Source: Anaerolineae bacterium
GTDB taxonomy: Bacteria; Chloroflexota; Anaerolineae; Epilineales; JAHCIE01
NCBI GenBank assembly: GCA_026129165.1
Contig: JAHCIP010000003.1
Span: forward strand, 1-58,737
Reading direction: 5' to 3'
Length of the DNA: 58,737 nt
Under the pieces are notes generated by a model, which did no database searches, had not been told where the DNA came from, and saw only the letters and a program-made list of their open reading frames with translations. Below are positions 44,901 through 54,110 of the stretch, piece after piece (position 1 is the first letter of the stretch; every line of letters starts with the position of its first letter). The translations under genes were made by a program, and so were the position numbers.

Positions 44901-47900
44901 CAGCCTGCGGCCGGCCGGCGCGCCCGACGTGGACGGCCTCGCCATCTTCTCCGTCGAGAACTTTGTCCTCCGCCGGGGCGAGAGCCTGCAGTTCATGGAC
45001 CACCTCGTCACCTTGAAGAACATCGGCGTGGGCGGCTTTGGCAGCCAGCCCACGGCCGACGTAGACTTCTGGTACACCGGTGGCGGGCTGCACGCGCTGG
45101 GGCTACTCGTCCCACCCGGACTTTATCCGCGCCGCCAGCTTCAATGTCGGTGATATGGCGATAGCCCAACGTTCCAGCGTGCGCCGCCTGCCGGCGGGCA
45201 CGGATAACCTGGGCCGCGTGGACGGCGGCTGGTATCTCTACGTCAGCGGCATCAACCAGTACAGCGAAACGGTGGTCGTCAGCGTGGGCCGCGCCCTCGG
45301 CGCGACCCATGCCGCCATTGACGACGGGGTCGGCGGGCAACCTGGCCCAGCCGACGCCGTGGTATCTCAAGCGCTTCTTCGTGGACGGCCACGAGTACAA
45401 CGTGGTCGCCCTCCAGGTCGTCCCGCGCGACGCCCAGAACACCCAGGGCGAGGACTGGGAATTCAAGTACATTACTTTCCGCACGCCAGTTCCCAAGCCC
45501 TACAGCTTTGTCAACTTCCAGGATAGCCTGGTCCTCCAGGGCTATTTCCGGGGAGCCGTGCTGGACAACCCCGACACCAACGTGGTCTCAGTGATGCCGC
45601 CCTTCAACGTACCGCACACCATCGCTGAAGACATTGTGCGTATCCCTCTGACAGACTTCGCGACCAGCCGCGAGCACCCGCGCACGGACGTGGTGGGGCC
45701 GCTGCGAGGCGCGGGACCGATGCAGATACGCATCGTGGCCGAGAGCACGGAGCCGCGCTTCACTGGCGAGTTGCGCGAGTTGCTCTTCCTGCGCGACCTG
45801 CCGCTCACCACGGCCGGCTCCAAGCGTGATATTTGGAGCACCGAGCAGTTCCATGTCTACCCCGATCGCTATACCGAGGTCCGCCTGCCCGATGACCAGT
45901 TGTACCTGCTGACGAGCGACTGGACCTCGCCCTACAGCCGGTTGCACTTCTTCGCCTTCGAAGACACCAACCCGGCCGTGCTTGGGGTTCAGAACAGCCA
46001 GAACGACATCGCGGCGGCCTGGGCGGCGACCAACCCCGGCCAGACGACGGCGGGCATCCCGTTCACCAACACCGACGGCGTCGGCCCGGCCGACTTCCCG
46101 GTGGGGACCAACACCGGCCATATAGACTTCTTCAACGCCGAGGACCGCTCCGTCCCGGCCGACCCGACCCAGGCGCGCGTCAAGTTCGTCTACAGCCCAC
46201 GCGACACGACGGATATTTACGTCAATCCTGGCCCGCCCCAGCAGCCCTGTGGGGTCTCGCCCGGCACGGTTACACCGACCGTGACGCCGTGCAGCGGGCC
46301 GAACTGTCCCGCCACCAGCACCCCGACCCGCACGCTGACACCCAGCCCGACGCCGTGTACAGGGCCTGGCTGCGCGCCCACCCTGACTCCGACGGCGACG
46401 GCAACGCTTTGCGTTGGCCCCGGCTGCGCCCCGACCCTGACGCCGACCGCCACGCCAACCCTGTGCCTCGGCCCCGGCTGCGCCCCGACCCTGACGCCGA
46501 CCGCCACACCGACGACGTGCCTCGGCCCCGGCTGCGCGCCGACCCTCACCAGCACGCCCACACCGACCCGGACCCCCACCCAGTCGCCTAACCTGGGCGC
46601 TATCGTTGGCACGGTGTTCAGAGATGTCAACTGCGATAGCATCTGGCAGGGCGGCGAGCCGGGTCTGAGCGGTGTGCTCATCACCCTGATTGCCCCCGGT
46701 CCCGACAACGCCTTCGGCACAGCCGACGACGTGATCGTCGCCACCACCACCACCGACGCCAATGGAGCCTATAGCTTCCCGAACGTGGCCCCAGGCTCGT
46801 ACACAGTGCGCGAGACCGACCCGCCTGGGTTCAAGAGTTCGACGCCCAATGACGTGGTAGTGAGCGTAGTGGTGGGTGGGGTAACCACCGTCAACTTCGG
46901 TGACTGTCTGGCGGCGACCTCTACCGCGACACCGACAGGGACCGCCACTCGCACGGCGACCCCTTGTACTGGCCCCAACTGCCCGCCCACGCTGACGCCT
47001 ACCCCGACGCTCGAGCCGTCGGCGACGCCCACGCCGACTAGGACGCCGACCTCTGGCACGCCCATCGTCACGTCCACCGCCACGGCGACCCGCTCGCCGA
47101 ACCTGGGCGCGATCATCGGCGTCGTGTTCAGGGATATGAACTGCAACAGCGTGTGGGAGGGCGGCGAGCCGGGTCTGAGCGGGGTCCTCATTACTCTGGT
47201 CGCGCCCGGCCCCGACAATGCCTTTGGCACCGCCGACGATGTCGTCGTGGCGACCACCACCACCGACGCCAACGGCAATTACAGCTTCTCGAACCTCCCA
47301 CCAGGCGCCTATCTGGTGCGTGAGACTGACCCGGCCGGCTTTGTGAGCAGCACGCCCAACACTGTTGTGGTTACTGTGGTGGGTGGCGGTTTCGCCATCG
47401 CCAACTTCGGTGACTGCTTGGGCTTGACGCCGACTCAGACCCTCACGCCGACCGTAACTCCTACCGTCTGTAGCGGCCCTGGCTGCCCCGCGACCGGGAC
47501 GCCCACCCTGACTCCCACCGCGACCCCGACCACCAGCCCGAATCTGGGCACGGTCAGGGGCGTAGTGTACCTCGACCTCAACTGTGACGGGGTCCAGCAG
47601 GGCGGCGACACGGGCATCCCCGGCGTGACAGTGCGCCTCATCGGCGCCGGTCCCGACGGCATCCTCGGCACCGGGGATGACGTGGTGATCGGTACCACGA
47701 CGACCGACGCCACTGGCGCTTACATCTTTACCAATATTCCCGCTGGCGTCTACGACGTGCGCGAGACGGACCCAGTCGGCTACACCAGTTCGACCTCCAA
47801 CTCCGTCATCGTGGTTGTCGTCGGTGGCGGCGTCGCCATCGCCAACTTTGGCGACTGCCTGGCCTTGACGAGTACGCCAACGGCCACACCGTGTACTGGC

Positions 47901-50858
47901 CCCGGCTGCCCGACGACCAGCACGCCGACCACTACCCCAACTGTCACCCCGACGGGCGGGCCAAACGTCGGCAGCATCATCGGCGTCGTCTACCGTGACA
48001 TCAACTGCGACGGCGTCCAGCAGGGCGGCGACACGGGCATCCCCGGCGTGACCATCACCCTGTTAGGCCCTGGTCCCGACGGCCTGATTGGGACAGCCGA
48101 CGATATCGTGATTGCCACGACGACGACGAACGCCAACGGCGCCTATGCCTTCACCAACATCCCGACGGGTGTGTATGCGGTACGGGAGACGGATCTGGTG
48201 GGTTACACCAGCTCGACGCCTAACACCGTCCTGGTGGTCGTCGTGGGCGGCGGGATTGCCATCGCTAACTTCGGCGACTGCCTGGGCGGGACGAGCACGC
48301 CAACGCTGACCCCGACGGTCACGCCCACGTCAACCGCCACGCCGACCGTGTGTGTCGGCCCCAACTGCCCAGCGACCGGCACACCGACCGTGACCTCAAC
48401 GGTCACTCGTACGCCAACCCCGACCCCGACGACCTGTGTCGGCCCCGGCTGCGCGCCGACGGGCACGCCCACGCTGACACCTACCGCCACCTCGACTACG
48501 GGACCGCGCCCGGGGACGATCATCGGCGTCGTCTACTACGACCGCAACTGTGACGGGGCCCGCCAGGGCGGCGAACCGGGTCTGAGTGGCGTAACGATCA
48601 CCCTCCTCGCTACGGGGCCGGACAATGCCTTCGGCACCGCCGACGACGTAATCGTCGCCACGACCACCACCGATGCCAACGGCGCGTACCTCTTCTCGAA
48701 CGTGGCCCCCGGCGTCTACATGGTCCGCGAGACCGACCCGGCCGGCTATATCAGTTCGACGCCCAACAACGTCGTCGCCGTCGTCGTTGACGCGGGTCTC
48801 GCTATCGCCAACTTCGGGGATTGTCTGTCTACGCCCACCACCGTGACACCAACCCCCACGCCGACCGTCACGCCGACCCAGTCGCCGAATCTGGGCGCCA
48901 TTGTCGGCGTCGTCTTCAGAGACGTCAATTGCAACAGCGTCCTGGAAGGCGGCGAGCCGGGTCTGAGTGGCGTAACCATCACGCTGTTCGCCCCTGGCCC
49001 CGACAACGCCTTCGGCACCGCCGACGACGTGGTCGTCGCTACCACTACCACCGATACCAACGGGGCTTACAGCTTCCCGAACCTCCCCCCCGGCGCGTAT
49101 CTCGTGCGCGAGACCGACCCGGCCGGCTATACCAGCTCGACGCCCAATTCTGTCATCGCGGTCGTTGTCGGTGGCGGTGTGGCCGTCGTCAATTTTGGTG
49201 ATTGCCAGACTGTAGGGCCGACGGTGACGCCGACCCCCACCACGACCCGCACCCCCGGCGGGCCGACGCCCACGCCAACCACGACCGCGACGCCGTCGCC
49301 CTCGCCCACCGCACCTATTTACCTGGTCGTGGTGTGTGAGGTGTCCAGCCCCTCCATCACCGTCCAGTGGATGGTAGTCGGCGCCTTCGACAGCTTCGAG
49401 TTGGAGCGGACCCCGGCCTTCCCGAATGGCTCCAGTATCAAGACGATCAGCGGCACGCTGCGCCATGTAGACAACGACGTGACACCGGGGACGAGCTACA
49501 GCTACCGTGTCCGAGGCGTGCTGGGGAACGAGCGCACCGCCTGGAGCAACACGGACGGCTGCACCCCCACCCAGCCCTCGCCCGCGCCGCCCATCCTGGA
49601 CTGCCGCACCGTCTCCGCGTCGCTCATCAACGTGAGTTGGCAGATTCCGGACCTGTCGGCGGTAGGCATCCGCGTCGAACGGTCGCGCAACGGCGTGAAC
49701 TGGACCCAGATCACCGACCAGCCGCGCGGGGCCAGCCCCTACCGCGACAGCGGGCTCCAGGACAACACGCTCTACTTCTACCGAGGCCGCACGTATCGCA
49801 CGCCGACCGGACCGCTGTCCGATTACTCGACCATTGTGAGCTGCCAGACGCCGCCGCGCAACGATGACGTCACCGGCACGGTACTGCTCCAGGGCCGCAA
49901 CAATCACGCCGGGGCGCGCGTACTGATTGACCGGGGCACGGCGGGCTTCGCCATCACCGACGACCTGGGCGCCTTTAGCATCGCCGGCACTCCGTTTGGC
50001 CGGCACACCGTCGAGATTGACATGGCTGGCTACCTGCCCATCAGCCGCACCATCGAGGTTGTCAGTGTGGACACCCCAATGGGCGTCATGAACATGCTAG
50101 CTGGCGATGCCAACGGCGACCTGAAGATTGACCTGTTCGACCTGACCATCGTGGCGTCGGCCTACGATATCGAGTACGGCGCGCCAGGCTGGGACAACCG
50201 CGCCGACATCAACGGCGATGGCGCGGTTGACATCTTCGACCTCGTCCTGGTCAGCCAGAACTTCGACCTGCGCGGCCCCACCAACGGCTCGCTGCAAGGG
50301 AAGTACGCTGGCGGCCAGGCGACCGACAGCCAGGCCAAGACGGCGGCCACGGCCACTGTCCCCACCGCCCACGCCCGCCTCGTCAACCGCACGCCGCAGG
50401 CGGCCTACCGCCACGGCGACCGCCTCACGGTAGCCGTCGAGTTGGACAGCCTGACCGACTTCTACGGTGGCGCGCTTGACCTGGTCTACGACCCGGCGGT
50501 GTTGCAGGTCGTAGACATGAACCCGGCCCAGAACGGCGTGCAGGTCCAGCCCGGCGACCTGTTCCCCGCCACTGCCTTCTTCGCCCCGCGCGACCAGGTG
50601 GTGACGCGGCCCGACGGCAAGCAGGTCGTGCGCTTCGCCGGCGTGCGCCGTGAGGCCGACCCGGTCAGCGGGCAGGGGGTCCTGGTCGAGGTCACGTTCG
50701 AGGTCCAGGGCTGCGGCGCGACCACGCTGGACCTGGCGCAGGCTCACCTGGACGTGTCGAACCCGGCCGGTGAGGCGCTGCCCGTCACGCTGGACGGCTC
50801 GGTCCGCCTCGGCGGCGCCTTCTGCCTGTTCCTGCCCCTGGTCCAGAACGGAAATTAA
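41914..50858 (+). CDS. giant modular secreted/cell-surface protein (~2,980 aa if two apparent frameshifts at ~45.09 and ~45.34 kb are read through)
   Basis: GGAGG lies upstream and the protein has an N-terminal signal/anchor. ORFs 41914-45153, 45080-45526 and 45309-50858 join collinearly when aligned to the first copy of the internal duplication (FWYTG...VGDMA...YVDGHEYNVVA). Downstream are PT-linkers, 6 SdrD-B-like repeats, 2 FN3, a CarboxypepD_reg-like domain, a dockerin and a cohesin. Confidence 0.8.
46584..49208 (+). repeat. six coding repeats of exactly 327 nt (109 aa, SdrD B-like/Cna-B-type fold) separated by Pro/Thr linkers
   Basis: The units are 46584-46910, 47094-47420, 47535-47861, 47958-48284, 48501-48827 and 48882-49208. 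Each runs from (S/G)PN(L/V)G...VFRD(V)NC(D/N)... to ...NFGDC(L/Q). Confidence 0.85.
49315..49860 (+). other. two fibronectin type III-like domains within the giant protein
   Basis: Domain 1: SPSITVQWMVVGAFDSFELERT...GTSYSYRVRGV. Domain 2: ASLINVSWQIPDLSAVGIRVERS...NTLYFYRGRTY. Confidence 0.6.
50103..50265 (+). other. dockerin (type I-like duplicated Ca-binding segment) within the giant protein
   Basis: Reads GDANGDLKIDLFDLTIVASAY ... ADINGDGAVDIFDLVLVSQNF. Confidence 0.75.
50375..50858 (+). other. cohesin-like C-terminal domain of the giant protein
   Basis: Reads GDRLTVAVELDSLTDFYGGALDLVYDPAVLQVVDMNP...VQPGDLFP...GQGVLVEVTFEVQGCGATTLDL. Confidence 0.7.
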
Positions 50859-50865
50859 CCGGATA

Positions 50866-50904
50866 CCCCCCTCTCGCTCCCCCCGCTTGCGGGGGGATGG
50901 GGGG
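50866..50904. repeat. C-run/G-run hairpin repeat (ctccccccgc ... gcggggggatgggggg)
   Basis: The tract reads ccccctctcgctccccccgcttgcggggggatgggggg. A second copy at 54697-54760 forms the 3' tail of the GNAT ORF. Confidence 0.55.
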
Positions 50905-50917
50905 AACTACAGACGCG

Positions 50918-50963
50918 ACCCGCCCGCCGGTTCGGAACCGGCGGGCGGGTTCTCGTTTCTTTT
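50918..50963 (+). terminator. rho-independent terminator of the giant gene
   Basis: A 15-bp GC stem, acccgcccgccggtt / aaccggcgggcgggt, with loop cgg, followed by tctcgtttctttt. Confidence 0.8.
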
Positions 50964-50986
50964 CCACCGCCCGCGCGTCTTTACCT

Positions 50987-51015
50987 TTGGCATCTTACGT
51001 CCCTCTGGCTACAAT
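50987..51015 (+). promoter_or_regulatory. candidate sigma70 promoter of the stand-alone cohesin gene
   Basis: TTGGCA (50987-50992), a 17-nt spacer, then TACAAT (51010-51015). Confidence 0.5.
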
Positions 51016-51085
51016 TGAGCGCCTCCCTCCTCCGCGCCGCCAGGACGGTGAGCGACTCTACTCTGTCTCTTTGCAAGGAGGTCAC

Positions 51086-51760
51086 GTGTCCCCCCGTTCT
51101 CTGTGGCCCTTAACCCTGTGGTGTCTCGCGGCCATCTGTTTGGCCGCGTTGAGCTACCCAGGCCGTTGGGCAGACGCCGCTTTGCCACCTACCTTCCGGG
51201 AGGGTTCCCCCGCCCCCCTCATCACGGCCAGCCAGCCGACGACACAGACCGTCGCCTCGATCCTTCGCTCTCCTATCAAACCCACGTATGACCCGGGCGA
51301 CCGCATTACCGTCACCGTGCGCATCGAAAACCTGGCCGATTTTTACGGCGGCAGTCTGGACTGGACGTTTAACGCCAACACCTTGCGCGTGGTGGACGCC
51401 GACCCGTCTCGGTCCGGGGTGCAGGTAACGCCCGGTTCGATTTTTGTACCAGGCTCATTCATCGCCTATCCCACCGGCGGTCAGGTGGATAACGTCAGAG
51501 GCAGAATCAGCTTTGCTGGCACGTATATCAACCCGATGCCCCCCTTCAACGGGATTGGCGACTTCGTCAGCATCACCTTTGAAGTCAAAAGCACGTGTGG
51601 CGCGACTCTCCTGGAACTGACACCGGATACCCTCAAGATGAGCGACCGCGACGGCCCGCCTCCTATCACCTTCCAGACGACCGGCCCATTGGTCCTCAGC
51701 GCGCGATACGGCTATTGCGTCTATCTGCCCCATGTCATGAATAGCTACAGCGGCGACTAG
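51086..51760 (+). CDS. secreted stand-alone cohesin-domain protein
   Basis: The GTG start lies 4 nt after AAGGAGG. It has a signal peptide (SLWPLTLWCLAAICLAALS) and a cohesin-like part, GDRITVTVRIENLADFYGGSLDWTFNANTLRVVDADP...GDFVSITFEVKSTCGATLLEL, paralogous to the giant protein's C-terminus. Confidence 0.7.
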   Translation: MSPRSLWPLTLWCLAAICLAALSYPGRWADAALPPTFREGSPAPLITASQPTTQTVASILRSPIKPTYDPGDRITVTVRIENLADFYGGSLDWTFNANTLRVVDADPSRSGVQVTPGSIFVPGSFIAYPTGGQVDNVRGRISFAGTYINPMPPFNGIGDFVSITFEVKSTCGATLLELTPDTLKMSDRDGPPPITFQTTGPLVLSARYGYCVYLPHVMNSYSGD

Positions 51761-51769
51761 CCCGCGCTG

Positions 51770-51814
51770 AAACCTTACTCTGGCGTGTGTCCTGCACACA
51801 CCAGGGTAAGGTTT
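51770..51814 (+). terminator. hairpin after the cohesin gene
   Basis: aaaccttactctggcgtgtg pairs with cacacaccagggtaaggttt (2 mismatches) and is followed by gcatttgt. The T-run is weak. Confidence 0.5.
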
Positions 51815-51901
51815 GCATTTGTCCCCTCGACGGATACAATCTAGGATGTTGTTACAGGTTCAGCCCGTGGGGAGCCGATGAGAGACGAGAAAGGAGGGTA
51901 G

Positions 51902-52867
51902 ATGTCGGAGGCCATGCTCTGGGTGGGGTTTAATGCCTTCGTGCTGGCGATGCTGGCGCTTGACCTGTTCGTGTTCCACCGCGACGCGCACGAGGTCAAG
52001 GTCAGGGAGGCGCTGCTGCTGAGCGTCTTCTGGATTGCCCTGGCGCTCGCGTTCAACGCCGTCATCTGGTGGTGGCGCGGTACGGAGGTGGCTCTCCAAT
52101 TCCTGACCGGCTATCTGATCGAAAAATCGCTTAGCGTTGATAACATCTTCGTCTTTTTGGTGATTTTTTCGTACTTTGCCGTTCCCAAAAAATACCAGCA
52201 TTCCGTTTTGTTCTGGGGTGTTCTGGGCGCGCTGGTCATGCGCGGCGTGTTTATCGCTGTCGGCGCGGCCCTGATCCACCAATTCCACTGGATCATTTAT
52301 GTCTTCGGCGTGTTCCTGGTGTATACCGGCTATAAGCTGGCGCGCTCAGGCGAGATGGAGGTTGAGCCGGAAAAGAACCCCATCGTCAATTTTGTGCGGC
52401 GCATGATACCCATCACTTCCGGCTATCGGGGGGGCAAGTTCTTCATCGTGGAAGCTGGACGACGGATGGCGACCCCACTGCTCATCGTCCTGGTCATGAT
52501 CGAGACCACAGACCTCCTGTTCGCCCTCGACTCGATTCCGGCCATCTTCGCTATCACCACCGACCCGTTTATCGTCTACACCTCGAACGTCTTCGCCATT
52601 CTGGGGCTGCGGGCCCTCTTTTTCGCCCTGGCTGGTGTCATGGGCGTCTTCCACTATCTCCGCTACGGCCTGGCCGTCGTGCTGGCGTTTGTCGGCGTCA
52701 AGATGGTCCTGGCGGATGTATACAAGATCCCCATTGGTATCTCGCTGGCCGTGATTGCTGGCATCCTGACCATTTCGGTCATCGCCTCGCTGGTCTGGCC
52801 CGCAAAGGCCGAGGAGTTGCCCGTGCCGCCCGAGGCGACCCCGGACCCGTTCGCTTCGACAGAGTAA
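51902..52867 (+). CDS. TerC/Alx family integral membrane protein
   Basis: Reads FNAFVLAMLALDLFVFHR...GYLIEKSLSVDNIFVFLVIF...IETTDLLFALDSIPAIFAIT. Confidence 0.85.
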   Translation: MSEAMLWVGFNAFVLAMLALDLFVFHRDAHEVKVREALLLSVFWIALALAFNAVIWWWRGTEVALQFLTGYLIEKSLSVDNIFVFLVIFSYFAVPKKYQHSVLFWGVLGALVMRGVFIAVGAALIHQFHWIIYVFGVFLVYTGYKLARSGEMEVEPEKNPIVNFVRRMIPITSGYRGGKFFIVEAGRRMATPLLIVLVMIETTDLLFALDSIPAIFAITTDPFIVYTSNVFAILGLRALFFALAGVMGVFHYLRYGLAVVLAFVGVKMVLADVYKIPIGISLAVIAGILTISVIASLVWPAKAEELPVPPEATPDPFASTE

Positions 52868-52888
52868 TCCGGCAGTCAAGGAGACTTT

Positions 52889-54010
52889 ATGGCAGAGACG
52901 CCAGTGACGACCCCCGCCCTCAAGCAAACGCCCCTGAACAACCTGCACCGTCAGCTCGGGGCGCGTATGGTTGAGTTTGGCGGGTGGGATATGCCAGTGC
53001 AGTATTCAGGCGGGATTCTCGAGGAGCACCGCGCCGTGCGCGAGGCGGCCGGCCTCTTCGATGTCAGCCACATGGGCGAGTTCGAGATCCGTGGCCCGGA
53101 CGCCGTCGCCTTCCTGAGCCACGTCATCACCAATGACCCTACGCCCTTGCAGATCGGTCAGGCCCAGTACACCGTCATATGTTATCCCCACGGCGGGGCG
53201 GTGGATGACCTGATTATCTTCAAGCTAGGCGAAGACGACTTCCTGGCCGTCGTCAACGCCTCGAACACCGAGAAGGACTTCGAGTGGATGCAGGGCCAGA
53301 CCAGCGGGTTCAATGTCAGCCTGACCGACCGTTCCCTGGACTATGGGCTGATTGCTCTCCAGGGGCCGGCCGCCGTCGAGATTCTGCGGCCGCTGACCTC
53401 GCTTGACCTGGACGCCATGCCCTACTACTCGGTGCGGCGCGGCCCGGTAACCGGAGTCGAGGCTATCCTATCGCGCACCGGGTACACGGGCGAGGACGGC
53501 TTCGAGATCATGGTCGCCTGGGACACGACGCCCCAGGTGTGGCAGGCGCTGCTCGACGCGGGCGCCCCGCACGGCCTGAAACCGGCCGGCCTGGGCGCGC
53601 GCGATACGCTGCGCCTGGAAGCAGCCATGCCCCTCTACGGCCACGAACTCGACGCCGACACCAACCCGCTGGAGTGCGGTCTCAATCGGTTTGTCGTACT
53701 GGACAAACCAGAGTTCGTGGGCCGTGACGTGTTGGCGGCGGTCAAGGCCAACGGCCCCACCAAGCGGCTGATTGGTCTGGAGGTCGTGGGCCGAGGCATA
53801 CCCCGCCAGGGGTATGCGATTATGAAAGATGGTCAGACCATCGGCACGGTGACCAGCGGCACCCAATCACCGACGTTGGGCAAGGCCATCGGCCTGGCCT
53901 ATGTTCAGCCCGACTACACCAAGGTGGGCGCCGAGGTAGAAGTCTTGATCCGAGGCGCGGGAGTATTGGCTCGGATTGTCAAGCGGCCCTTCTACAAACG
54001 GCCAAAATAG
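52889..54010 (+). CDS. gcvT: glycine cleavage system aminomethyltransferase T
   Basis: Reads [29 protein letters not shown]...[13 protein letters not shown]...[10 protein letters not shown]. Confidence 0.9.
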   Translation: MAETPVTTPALKQTPLNNLHRQLGARMVEFGGWDMPVQYSGGILEEHRAVREAAGLFDVSHMGEFEIRGPDAVAFLSHVITNDPTPLQIGQAQYTVICYPHGGAVDDLIIFKLGEDDFLAVVNASNTEKDFEWMQGQTSGFNVSLTDRSLDYGLIALQGPAAVEILRPLTSLDLDAMPYYSVRRGPVTGVEAILSRTGYTGEDGFEIMVAWDTTPQVWQALLDAGAPHGLKPAGLGARDTLRLEAAMPLYGHELDADTNPLECGLNRFVVLDKPEFVGRDVLAAVKANGPTKRLIGLEVVGRGIPRQGYAIMKDGQTIGTVTSGTQSPTLGKAIGLAYVQPDYTKVGAEVEVLIRGAGVLARIVKRPFYKRPK

Positions 54011-54096
54011 GGACCAGGGACCAGGGGGCAGGGACTAGGGAAGGGATGAGACACGTAGGCTCTTCGCTGGCCCCTAACCCCTAACCCCTAGCCCCT
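54010..54096. repeat. heptamer-periodic G-tract arm plus C-tract arm (imperfect palindrome)
   Basis: The G arm reads gggacca gggacca gggggca gggacta gggaagg (54010-54045). The C arm reads cccctaa cccctaa cccctag cccctg (54071-54096). Confidence 0.6.
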
Positions 54097-54110
54097 GTTC
54101 AGGGGGACGT

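Noticed and set aside
46230-49320. Regularly spaced DNA repeats that could be mistaken for a CRISPR array or tandem satellite.
   Set aside because: The units are 327-nt in-frame coding repeats (SdrD-B-like) with PT-linker 'spacers' inside one long ORF. There is no short direct repeat/unique spacer architecture and there are no cas genes.
48396-50006. 536-aa minus-strand ORF, plus 42454-43329(-), 44392-45093(-), 50097-50747(-) and 40091-40879(-).
   Set aside because: They are Arg/Gly/Ala-rich antisense frames inside the giant surface-protein gene or the 40319-41179 gene. The sense strand carries recognisable domains and repeat structure.
51816-51901. yybP-ykoY (manganese) riboswitch upstream of the TerC/Alx-family gene.
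   Set aside because: GGGGAG and AGAGAC-like strings are present (51868-51885). However, they are adjacent and only ~20 nt from the RBS. The conserved 5' GGGGAGUAG ... UUGACAUA ... 3' four-way-junction arrangement is missing. cmscan would be decisive.
52868-52888. Glycine riboswitch expected upstream of gcvT.
   Set aside because: Only 21 nt separate the TerC stop and the gcvT start, which leaves no space for an aptamer.
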